A DNA stretch of 64,000 nt from an uncultured Candidatus Saccharibacteria bacterium (GCA_964361825.1 CAYICB010000003.1:2643-66642); one strand, 5' to 3'; positions 17,918 to 26,055 are shown, numbered from the stretch's first letter. A program made the numbers and translations. Notes: a model not told the origin generated them from the letters alone.

Positions 17918-18676
17918 GTGAAAATAGTGGTGGCCAATTGGAAGATGAATCCGCTCGCGCCAAGCGAAGCAAAGAAGCTTTTTGCGGGGGTCAAGAAGGC
18001 CACGGCTAAACTTAAGCGAACCAAAGTGGTGGTGTGCCCGCCGGCGGTTTTTTTACCTTTCTTTGCGGAGGCGAAAGGCGGGTTATCTCTGGGGGCCCAA
18101 GATGTTTTTACTGAAAAAGTTGGGGCTTATACCGGCGCGCTCTCGGCCGAGATGCTTGGTTATGTTGGGGCGAAGTACGCCCTTATCGGTCATTCAGAAG
18201 TGAGAGCAAGGGGCGATAATAATGAGGTGGTGAACAAGAAGGTCAAAGCGGCTTTGCGTGCCGGCCTTAAAGTAATTCTGTGCGTGGGCGAACTAGTGCG
18301 CGATGAGTCTGGGGAATATTTAGATTTTTTGAGATTAGAACTGGAGTCGGCGCTTACTGGTTTGCCACGACGATTGTTTAGTCAGATTATTGTGGCCTAT
18401 GAGCCTGTGTGGGCGATTGGTAAGAGTGCCGCCGAGTCAGCGACGCCGGCCGATTTTCTCGAGAAGAAACTTTTTTTGCGTAAGCTCTTGGTGGGACTTG
18501 CGGGCAAACCAGAGGCCGCGGCGGTGCCAATTCTCTATGGTGGTTCGGTGGAAGAGAAAAACGCCCTTGATTTTTTGCAAGCGGGAGAAGCGGACGGTCT
18601 CTTGGTGGGCCATACCTCTTTGCGGGCCGATAAATTTAGCGAGTTATTAACTATTGTTGACCATGGACGGAATTAA
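17918..18676 (+). CDS. tpiA: Triosephosphate isomerase
   Basis: VANWKMN, IGHSE and AYEPVWAIG; GTG start chosen at 17918. Confidence 0.96.
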   Translation: MKIVVANWKMNPLAPSEAKKLFAGVKKATAKLKRTKVVVCPPAVFLPFFAEAKGGLSLGAQDVFTEKVGAYTGALSAEMLGYVGAKYALIGHSEVRARGDNNEVVNKKVKAALRAGLKVILCVGELVRDESGEYLDFLRLELESALTGLPRRLFSQIIVAYEPVWAIGKSAAESATPADFLEKKLFLRKLLVGLAGKPEAAAVPILYGGSVEEKNALDFLQAGEADGLLVGHTSLRADKFSELLTIVDHGRN

Positions 18677-19784
18677 ATTAGCCAGTGATTTAACGGCGGC
18701 TGATTTGCGAGGGAAAAAGGTTTTGGTTAGAGTGGATCTTAATTTGCCTTTGCAAGACGGAGAAGTGAGTGATGACTTTCGTTTCCAGAAAACTTTACCC
18801 CTGCTTCAGTTTTTGCTCAAGCAGGAGGCAAAGATCATTTTGCTTAGCCACCTTGGTGGCGCGGCGGGCTCGCTTTTGCCCGTTTCGCGCTGGTTGCAAA
18901 AGTTTTTACCCCATGTTTTTGTGGAAAGTTTTGATGCGGTGGCGGTGGAGCGGGGGCTCGCCGAAAAGCCGGTGGTTTTGCTAGAGAATTTGCGGCGTGA
19001 TCGCGGAGAAGAAAATAATCTATCCGAATTTGCTGAACGCTTGGCTAAATTTGGCGATTTGTATATTAATGAAGCGTTTTCTGTTTCCCACCGCGCACAT
19101 GCCTCGGTGGCGGCTTTACCCAAACTCTTACCTCATTATGTGGGACCACGGTTTAAACAAGAGTATGAGCAATTATCAAAGGCTTTTACGCCCGAGCACC
19201 CCTTCATTTTTATTTTAGGCGGCGCCAAGTTTACCACCAAGGTGCCGGTGCTTAAGAAGTTTATGTATTTAGCCGATCAAATTTTTATCCACGGGGCTTT
19301 GGCCAACGCTTTTTTTAAGGAGTTGGGTTATCAAACGGGGACATCGCTAGTAGATGAGCAAAGTGACCTAGCTCGACAATTTTTAAAGTTTGAGAAAATT
19401 ATTTTGCCCGTTGATGTGCGCGTGCGCCGAGGGACCGAAGTGAGTATCAAGAAACCAGATGAGCTTAATAAAGAGGATGAGATTATTGATGTGGGCGTGG
19501 ATTCGCTTGAGCAATTGGGCGAGGCGGTGGCCACGGCCAAGTTTGTGTTATGGAATGGTCCGGTGGGCCGCTTTGAGTTTGGTTTTAAGGGCGGCACCGA
19601 TGCAGTGGCCAAGATGGTGGCCGAAGCCGAAGCCTATTCTATTATCGGTGGCGGTGATACTTTAGCGGCGATTCGTGATCTCAACTTATTAGACAAATTT
19701 GATTTTATCTCTACGGCCGGTGGCGCGATGCTCGACTTTCTCGCCGAAGGCACCCTCCCCGGAATTGAAGCGTTGAAGGCTTAA
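18663..19784 (+). CDS. pgk: Phosphoglycerate kinase
   Basis: RVDLNLP, LLENLR, HRAHAS, WNGP and GGGDT...STAGGA. Confidence 0.96.
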   Translation: MDGIKLASDLTAADLRGKKVLVRVDLNLPLQDGEVSDDFRFQKTLPLLQFLLKQEAKIILLSHLGGAAGSLLPVSRWLQKFLPHVFVESFDAVAVERGLAEKPVVLLENLRRDRGEENNLSEFAERLAKFGDLYINEAFSVSHRAHASVAALPKLLPHYVGPRFKQEYEQLSKAFTPEHPFIFILGGAKFTTKVPVLKKFMYLADQIFIHGALANAFFKELGYQTGTSLVDEQSDLARQFLKFEKIILPVDVRVRRGTEVSIKKPDELNKEDEIIDVGVDSLEQLGEAVATAKFVLWNGPVGRFEFGFKGGTDAVAKMVAEAEAYSIIGGGDTLAAIRDLNLLDKFDFISTAGGAMLDFLAEGTLPGIEALKA

Positions 19785-20734
19785 TACTCGCCGGTTTGTT
19801 TGGGTCTAATTTCTCCACCTTGATTAATATCGAAGACCTTGGTGCTTTGATAAGCGGGGTCATCATCGTCCGAGCCGGTGAGATCGCTCTCGTCGACATC
19901 AAAAGAGTCATCAACCGTTTGGTCGAAGTGATCACCATCAGAATCTTGGCCGCTAATGACATAAGTGACCAAATAAGTTCCGGGTTCGGTAATATTAGAA
20001 AAGATGCCAGTGTAAACGCCCGGTGAGACCTCGATAAGATTAACAGTAAACACTTGACCACTAGGTGAGGTGATAATAGCGATTACCGAGGCACCGGTAA
20101 TGGGGATCGTGACATTAAGACCAATGGTTTCTTGAATCGTGATGGTGAGGGTAGCATTGCCACCACTGATTGTTTCTTCACTGCCACCGTTGTCGTCCTC
20201 TTCTGAGTCATTGGAACCTGGCGTGCTCTCAATGTCTTCATCGGTCGACACATTAACGGCAAAGTTACTAGAAGTGTCATTGCTATTATTGGTCACCACA
20301 ATCTCAAAATTTCCGCTACTGGTGCCATTGGGGTTAATTTGGAAAAAGGTGGCCACGCGACCGGTGTCGGGATCAGCGATTACGGTTTTGGTAATAGTAA
20401 AATCATTGGGATTAGTGCCCGGAGCGGGGATAATGGTGGGAGTGAGCGCGGCCGAGTCGCTAACGACCTTAATGGTGGTGTTGCCATCTATCCCAAGCGC
20501 TTCTTCATAATGAGCGTTTGGTTGCAGGGCTTGCAGGAGGGCGCCCGAGAGACCGGCTTCCCAGATGAGGCGGCTTTTTTTGGGAGCGGTTTTTTGGAGG
20601 GTTTCTGTTTGGTTTGATTCTGGGGTGGGGAGCGCTTCGCCACCGGTAAGCCACCAGAGGGTTAAACTGGTGGCAATGAGTACCACTAAGCCCAAAACTA
20701 AGGGAACATTAGCTAAACCGTGATTTTTCATCAT
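19781..20734 (-). CDS. Membrane-anchored Ser/Thr/Asp-rich beta-sandwich surface protein
   Basis: N-terminal TM helix, Ig-like beta pattern (GVYTG.F...PGTY.V) and acidic stretches; start uncertain. Confidence 0.7.
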   Translation of the reverse strand: MMKNHGLANVPLVLGLVVLIATSLTLWWLTGGEALPTPESNQTETLQKTAPKKSRLIWEAGLSGALLQALQPNAHYEEALGIDGNTTIKVVSDSAALTPTIIPAPGTNPNDFTITKTVIADPDTGRVATFFQINPNGTSSGNFEIVVTNNSNDTSSNFAVNVSTDEDIESTPGSNDSEEDDNGGSEETISGGNATLTITIQETIGLNVTIPITGASVIAIITSPSGQVFTVNLIEVSPGVYTGIFSNITEPGTYLVTYVISGQDSDGDHFDQTVDDSFDVDESDLTGSDDDDPAYQSTKVFDINQGGEIRPKQTGEY

Positions 20735-20753
20735 GCTATAATCATAGCCCATT

Positions 20754-22436
20754 GTGACCGACATCGTAAATCAACTCTTGGCGCGGCGGGGGATAACTAC
20801 GGAAGCGGCGCGCGAGCGCTTTTTGCGACCAAGTTATGAGCGCGATCTCCACGACCCTTTTCTGTTCTCGCAGATGAACCAAGCGGTGACAAGAATTTTG
20901 CACGCGCTAGAGAAAAACGAGAAAATCACGATTTTTGCCGATTACGATGCCGATGGGGTGCCGGCGGCCGTGATTTTGAGTGAATTTTTTAAAAAAGTGG
21001 GTCATGCCAATTTCGACGTTTACATCCCCGACCGGCATGAAGAAGAATTTGGGCTCAAAGAATTTGCGGTGCAAAAAATTGCGGCGACTGATACCAAGCT
21101 CGTGATTACGGTCGATTGCGGCATCACCGATCTGCCCGGCGCGGCCTTACTCGCTTCGCATGCCATTGATCTTATTATTACCGACCACCATTTGCCACCA
21201 GAACAATTGCCGAAAGCAGTAGCGATTATTGATCCCAAGTTGCTCGGCGATGAGTATCCGGAGAAAATGTTGTGTGGCGCTGGGGTGGCTTTCAAACTCG
21301 TGCAGGCTTTGATCAAAATTTTGAGCCAGAGGACCGTCCTTAAGAACCCAAACCCAAGGACGGTCCTCGGGGACATCGCGCCCGGTTGGGAAAAGTGGTT
21401 GCTCGACCTAGTGGCGATTGCGACCGTTAGTGATATGGTGCCGCTCACGGGCGAGAATCGGGCTTTGGTTTACTTCGGGCTTAAGGTCTTGCGTCAGACG
21501 CCGCGACTCGGCTTGCGCGCCCTCGCTCGGGTTTTAAAACTTGATCCACAATATCTCACCGAGGATGATATTGCTTTTTCCATCGGGCCGCGGATTAATT
21601 CGGCGAGCCGAATGACGCATGGTCGCGAGGCATATGAGCTGCTTGCTACAACCGATCTTGCCCGAGCCGAGGCTTTGGCTAAGCATTTAGACTTGAAAAA
21701 TCGCGAACGGCGAGACGAGGTACAGAAAATTATTGATAGTGTGGGGGTGATGACCGAGAGGGCCTTGCCGCCGGTGCTGATCTTTGGCCATGAAGATTGG
21801 TCGCTTGGGGTTTTGGGTTTGGCGGCTTCGAAATTGGTAGAACAATTTTCTCGAACAGTTTTCATCTGGGGGAAAAATGGTAGCGGTTTGATAAAAGGTT
21901 CTTGTCGCGCCGCGCCCGGAGTGAATGTGGTGGCGCTGATGGGTGCCGCTGGGCCAAATATTTTTTCCAACTTCGGTGGCCATGCAGCTTCGGGCGGATT
22001 CTCGCTGGTGCCAGAAAAATTGCCTAAACTCGAAGCTGGTTTGTTGGCGGCTTATGAACTGGCACCGCGAGGCGAGGGGGCGGTGGCGAAGGAGCCCGAT
22101 CTTGACTTACTGCTCGATGAGATCACTGAAGATTTTTGCGCCAACTTGCATCAATTGGCGCCGTTTGGTTTAGGGAATCCGAAGCCGCTACTCTCTTTCC
22201 GCCACGCGCCATTGATGCAGAAGAAAACTTTTGGTTCAACTCATCTCGAATTACAATTTTCTCGCGAGTTCAGCCGACCAATTAAAGCGATTAAATTCTT
22301 CGCCGCAGAATTGGCCAAGAACGATGACTTGGTGCCGGGGGCGATAATTAATTTGCTCGCCAATTTAGAAAAGTCATATTTCCGCGGTCGACCCGAGCTC
22401 CGCTTGCGGATTGTCGATCTCACGCCGGTGCGTTAG
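20754..22436 (+). CDS. recJ: Single-stranded DNA exonuclease RecJ
   Basis: DYDADG, TVDCG, ITDHH, GPRINS and FGGH motifs. Confidence 0.96.
   Translation: MTDIVNQLLARRGITTEAARERFLRPSYERDLHDPFLFSQMNQAVTRILHALEKNEKITIFADYDADGVPAAVILSEFFKKVGHANFDVYIPDRHEEEFGLKEFAVQKIAATDTKLVITVDCGITDLPGAALLASHAIDLIITDHHLPPEQLPKAVAIIDPKLLGDEYPEKMLCGAGVAFKLVQALIKILSQRTVLKNPNPRTVLGDIAPGWEKWLLDLVAIATVSDMVPLTGENRALVYFGLKVLRQTPRLGLRALARVLKLDPQYLTEDDIAFSIGPRINSASRMTHGREAYELLATTDLARAEALAKHLDLKNRERRDEVQKIIDSVGVMTERALPPVLIFGHEDWSLGVLGLAASKLVEQFSRTVFIWGKNGSGLIKGSCRAAPGVNVVALMGAAGPNIFSNFGGHAASGGFSLVPEKLPKLEAGLLAAYELAPRGEGAVAKEPDLDLLLDEITEDFCANLHQLAPFGLGNPKPLLSFRHAPLMQKKTFGSTHLELQFSREFSRPIKAIKFFAAELAKNDDLVPGAIINLLANLEKSYFRGRPELRLRIVDLTPVR
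21326..21371. repeat. In-frame inverted doublet of AGGAC-N-GTCCT palindromes within recJ
   Basis: ccagaggaccgtccttaa and cccaaggacggtcctcggg, encoding QRTVLKNPNPRTVLG. Confidence 0.7.
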
Positions 22437-22446
22437 GATTTAGTCT

Positions 22447-23406
22447 ATGATAAGAGATTTTGATCGGTGGAATAAACGGAAAAAAGAAATTCAAACAGCC
22501 CTTCCAAAAGGAAACTTTTTCTATAAAGAAGGTGAAATTTGGTGGTGTGGACTTGGTGTGAATCTTGGAGTGGAAACGGACGGGAAGCATGATAACTTCG
22601 AGCGACCGGTTTTAATTATTAAAGTTTTTAATCGAGAGATGGTTTGGGTTTTGCCAGTGACTAGTGTTTTTCACCAAGCGCCATTTTATTACAAGTTTGA
22701 TCATGGTGGAGAGGATCAGTGGGTGGTCTTATCTCAAATTAGAACAGTAAGTACAAAAAGATTGTTTAGGAAAATCAGGGTATTAGACGAAACTGATTTT
22801 GAAAAAATTAAAGTTTTAGTAATTGATTACCTTAAAAAACGAAACCCCGCCGTGAGGCGGGGAATCTCGGAGCCCGAAGGCAATAATGGTTCTAGTCTAA
22901 TCGATGAGAAAGAGCTTGTCAAGCCGGTTATCCCCAATCAGCCTAAAATTATTCTCTATACCGATGGTGGTTCGCGGGGGAATCCGGGTATCGCTGGGGC
23001 CGGAGCCGTGATTACTGATGAGGCGGGGAAAGTGATCAAAGAAGCGTCGAAGCCGCTTGGGATTACGACCAATAATGAGGCTGAGTATCAAGGGGTAATC
23101 TTGGGTCTCGAGACAACTAAGAAACATTTTGGCCCGTCTATGGGCCGGGCAAGTAAAGAGAAAATTCGCGATTTAGACATTACGCTCAAGCTCGATAGTG
23201 AACTGGTGGCCAAGCAATTGCGGGGCGAATATCAGATTAAAGAAGATAATCTTGGTAAACTCTTCCTCAAAATTTGGAATGCCCGCGTCGCCGACTTCCC
23301 TAAGCTCACCATTACCCATATCCCGCGCGAACAAAACTCCGCCGCCGATTGCCTCGCCAACGAAGCGATGGATGCCCAAGAAAAAGCCCCAAAACCCTTA
23401 TTTTAA
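22447..23406 (+). CDS. Fusion of PemK/MazF-like endoribonuclease domain and ribonuclease HI
   Basis: N-terminal EGEIWWC.LG.N.G.E...RPVL...PVTS; C-terminal TDGGSRGNPG, NNEAEY, DSELV, N..AD.LAN; one continuous frame. Confidence 0.85.
   Translation: MIRDFDRWNKRKKEIQTALPKGNFFYKEGEIWWCGLGVNLGVETDGKHDNFERPVLIIKVFNREMVWVLPVTSVFHQAPFYYKFDHGGEDQWVVLSQIRTVSTKRLFRKIRVLDETDFEKIKVLVIDYLKKRNPAVRRGISEPEGNNGSSLIDEKELVKPVIPNQPKIILYTDGGSRGNPGIAGAGAVITDEAGKVIKEASKPLGITTNNEAEYQGVILGLETTKKHFGPSMGRASKEKIRDLDITLKLDSELVAKQLRGEYQIKEDNLGKLFLKIWNARVADFPKLTITHIPREQNSAADCLANEAMDAQEKAPKPLF
22833..22888 (-). ncRNA. Putative antisense small RNA (~55 nt) in the MazF-RNase H linker
   Basis: Follows a near-consensus promoter; contains GCC-UUCG-GGC and CCCCGCC/GGCGGGG hairpins, then UUUCGUUUUUU. 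Confidence 0.6.
22894..22922 (-). promoter_or_regulatory. Sigma70 promoter for the antisense sRNA
   Basis: TTGACA (22922-22917) N17 TAGACT (22899-22894). Confidence 0.7.
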
Positions 23407-23423
23407 GCCATATTTTAGCCTAC

Positions 23424-23678
23424 TTGACAAATGGCTGCCAACTATGCTAAGCTATTGGGTAGGAAGTGAAGACAGGACCTTGAAAACTGAATAGCGAAGT
23501 ATAGGAAAACAATCGTTGAAAAACGACAATTGTTATTCCTCTTCGTCTCACGGAGGGATACGGGATAAATAACCGTTAAGCCTCGGTGCGACAAGAGGGA
23601 TCGCAAACTTTCGCAATGGGCGAGAGGGTGATCCAAAAGTGAGTTTTTTCCTGAGAAGATCGGGAGAAGGAGATAGTT
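23424..23678 (+). promoter_or_regulatory. Promoter, boxA-like site and structured leader of the orphan cassette
   Basis: TTGACA N18 TAAGCT with extended TG; GACCTTGAAAACTGAATA (23476-23493); several long hairpins. Confidence 0.6.
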
Positions 23679-23689
23679 ATGTTTAGCGT
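23644..23689 (+). repeat. 46-bp hairpin+SD+start block, copy 1
   Basis: 43/46 identical to 24580-24625. Confidence 0.9.
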
Positions 23690-24188
23690 TAGTGATCCTT
23701 GCGTCATCGGATTTTATCGGGGAATGGCCATCACCAGCCAGAGCGATCTGGCTGACCAGCCGGAGGGATCGTACGTAAGTACGGTCTACCCGGCTTGGGT
23801 GGCGGCGAGCATGTTGGAAAACATGCTCGGGGCCACTCAGGCGGACCTTCGCCTTGCGGCGAAGGTCAAGGCCGTGGCCCGGCCCCTCACGGAGGAGGAG
23901 CTCGAAGAAATCGGCAACAAGGTTGTTGCCCGACTGAACAACCTTCCCCACATGGAGGTGGGGGAGGTCGAAGACGTGGAGGAGGTCGTCAACATCTTTT
24001 TTGAGGTCGTTGACTTCCTCTCCGTTGCCGGAGAGAGGGAGGCGGTGACGGAGGTCGTACGATTGGCGATGGAGAACGCTCAAAAGGGGTTGTTCTCCCC
24101 AGCCGCCGTTCAGGCGGCGGCAATCGCCGAAAGGGCGACCGATCGGAGGATCTTGGGGATTGTGAAGGAGGTAATCAACAACAATTAG
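23679..24188 (+). CDS. Orphan acidic helical protein
   Basis: AAGGAG SD followed by ATG; 169 aa; no recognisable motif. Confidence 0.75.
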   Translation: MFSVSDPCVIGFYRGMAITSQSDLADQPEGSYVSTVYPAWVAASMLENMLGATQADLRLAAKVKAVARPLTEEELEEIGNKVVARLNNLPHMEVGEVEDVEEVVNIFFEVVDFLSVAGEREAVTEVVRLAMENAQKGLFSPAAVQAAAIAERATDRRILGIVKEVINNN

Positions 24189-24294
24189 AAAAAACGAGTT
24201 TCTGGAGATTTATCGTTATCAAATCTCCACTTTGTTCAGCTAATGACTTGGGTCGTTGGCTGATCGGGTTAACCCAAAGAAAGGTAGTGCGAAC

Positions 24295-24489
24295 ATGATG
24301 TCTGAATCGGATATGAATCGGATCATGAAGAGGGTCGAGGACGACATGAATTTTTTGGCTGGATTACCGGCCAGAAAGGAGGAAGAGGAACGGCTCGGGC
24401 GTCCCTGGGGGGAATGGACCATTCAGGAAATGATGGCATGGATGGACAGGGCTCTCCCCCTCTTTGCGGAAGCGCCACCGCAAAACTAA
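24295..24489 (+). CDS. Orphan small protein (64 aa)
   Basis: GAAAGG SD upstream of ATG 24295. Confidence 0.6.
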   Translation: MMSESDMNRIMKRVEDDMNFLAGLPARKEEEERLGRPWGEWTIQEMMAWMDRALPLFAEAPPQN

Positions 24490-24579
24490 ATGGCGCAAAA
24501 GGGAACGCGATTCGCTACGGCAATCACGTTTCCCTTCTGATTGAACCCGTAAACATGTGCTTGTGGGTTCAATGGAAGA

Positions 24580-24625
24580 TTTTTTCCCGAGAAGATCGGG
24601 AGAAGGAGATAGTCATGTTTATCGT
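24580..24625 (+). repeat. 46-bp hairpin+SD+start block, copy 2
   Basis: 43/46 identical to 23644-23689. Confidence 0.9.
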
Positions 24626-24812
24626 CACAGTTCATGCGCAAGAAGGAAACGGGGACCATGTGCTTGGAACAAGCGGCGAATTCGCCACTTGTTCCTCGGA
24701 GGTGGCCGTGGCGGGGTTTGCCACGGCCGAGGCTGCCGTTGCCGCTGGAATGGCGGCGGTGAATCGCTTTGGGGCAACCCCCAAAGCGGTCGAGGTCCGC
24801 ACCTCGTTCTAA
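24615..24812 (+). CDS. Orphan small protein (65 aa, MFIVTVHAQ...)
   Basis: Same SD block as the 23679 gene; in frame with track ORF 24414..24812. Confidence 0.65.
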   Translation: MFIVTVHAQEGNGDHVLGTSGEFATCSSEVAVAGFATAEAAVAAGMAAVNRFGATPKAVEVRTSF

Positions 24813-24939
24813 AGCGGTGGGCACAGGAGAAGGCCCAAACAAACTTCTCCTACTTATTGAGTTCATCACAATGGGTGGTGGATTCATGGGTAGAACATTA
24901 AAAATTTAATGGGGCTTCGGCCCCAGAAAGGAAGTGTTT

Positions 24940-25965
24940 ATGACACTTCAGTTTGCAATTCTCGACCCCCGCAACATTCCGACCGCCGCGGAGGCCAACG
25001 ACAAGGTGTTCGCAAATCCGGTTTACGGAATCGAAGTAACGGTGCCCGCGCTCGCAAAGCGCTGCATCGCGAATCTCGACCCGCAACACACCGGTGGCGA
25101 TGCCAATCGCGCGGCCATCGAAGACGCGCTGACGGCCGAGCTCCCGACCGAGGGTTCCACTCTCGCGACGGTTCGCGCCGATCTGGACGCCGTCGGCGCG
25201 ATGGTTGTTTTCGGCCTTAGATTGAGAGGCCGAATGATAGAACCCTCTGCATGGAGGGTTTGTTCAATTTGTGGGGCGGGGCTACAATCTTGCTTTTTTG
25301 TTTGCGGCCACTGCGGTTGGGTGGTTGGGAGCCACTCTAACGAAGCAGTGGCGACCAGATTTCAACAGGTGGCCGCTGCCGACAAGTTCGCGCGTGGTGG
25401 CTGGTTGGGCCCCAAACCGTTACCAACCAAGGAAAACCCTTGGCCGAGCGAGGGGGCAGCGGATTCGACTCAATCGCTCGCGGCAATCGCCGCGGCGGTT
25501 ACGGACTTCAAGGTCCCGATGGCCGATCGCGTCGCCACGATGGAGAAGTGGCTACTGACGGGTGAAGAGCCCAAGCAGTACCGCGACTCCGTCGAGAAGG
25601 AACGGCTCGACATGATCGCTGCCCTCGAAAGCGGAGCGATCAGGTGCGAGACGCGCTCCGGCGGCAAGATCGCGGTCGTCGAGAGCACGCACCGAGCGGC
25701 CACCAGCGTGGGGTACTCACTCGCGCCAGTCGTGGTTGCTCGCAATCCGGCCTTCAAGCTGGGCGGTGGTGAGGCTCACGCGAAGTACACGGTTTGTGCC
25801 TTCGAGGCAGGCAAGTTTGCGGACATCAAGTCCGCGCTTGCCGAGCTCGCGACGATCGAAGCTGGTTGGGGCGGTTCGCCCGTCATCGGTGGTAGCCCCC
25901 AGGGTGTGAGTTCCGCCTTGACGATCGATCAGGTCGTCGAGGTGGTTGAGAAGCATCTTAAGTAA
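24940..25965 (+). CDS. Hypothetical protein, possible DHH-superfamily phosphoesterase with an inserted Cys4 zinc ribbon
   Basis: GAAAGGA SD; DPQH, DLDA and C-terminal GWGG motifs; CSIC..C...CGHC insert; high GC3. Confidence 0.6.
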   Translation: MTLQFAILDPRNIPTAAEANDKVFANPVYGIEVTVPALAKRCIANLDPQHTGGDANRAAIEDALTAELPTEGSTLATVRADLDAVGAMVVFGLRLRGRMIEPSAWRVCSICGAGLQSCFFVCGHCGWVVGSHSNEAVATRFQQVAAADKFARGGWLGPKPLPTKENPWPSEGAADSTQSLAAIAAAVTDFKVPMADRVATMEKWLLTGEEPKQYRDSVEKERLDMIAALESGAIRCETRSGGKIAVVESTHRAATSVGYSLAPVVVARNPAFKLGGGEAHAKYTVCAFEAGKFADIKSALAELATIEAGWGGSPVIGGSPQGVSSALTIDQVVEVVEKHLK

Positions 25966-26021
25966 ATGAGATGCTGGCCACCGGAAACGGCCGAGGAAGA
26001 GTTTCCGAAAATTGGACAAAC

Positions 26022-26055
26022 AAGCTCTGCTGAAAGGCGGAGCTTTTTCTTTTTT
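26022..26055 (+). terminator. Intrinsic terminator closing the orphan cassette
   Basis: AAGCTCTGC/GCGGAGCTT stem followed by a T run. Confidence 0.75.

Noticed and set aside
23442-24083. 213-aa minus-strand ORF
   Set aside because: Shadow of the SD-led 23679 gene; the plus strand has the promoter, SD and G-U-compatible folds
23644-24625. CRISPR array or integron attC array suggested by spaced repeats (also 52966-53752)
   Set aside because: Only two copies each, 0.7-0.9 kb apart; no cas genes, integron integrase or attC core sites seen
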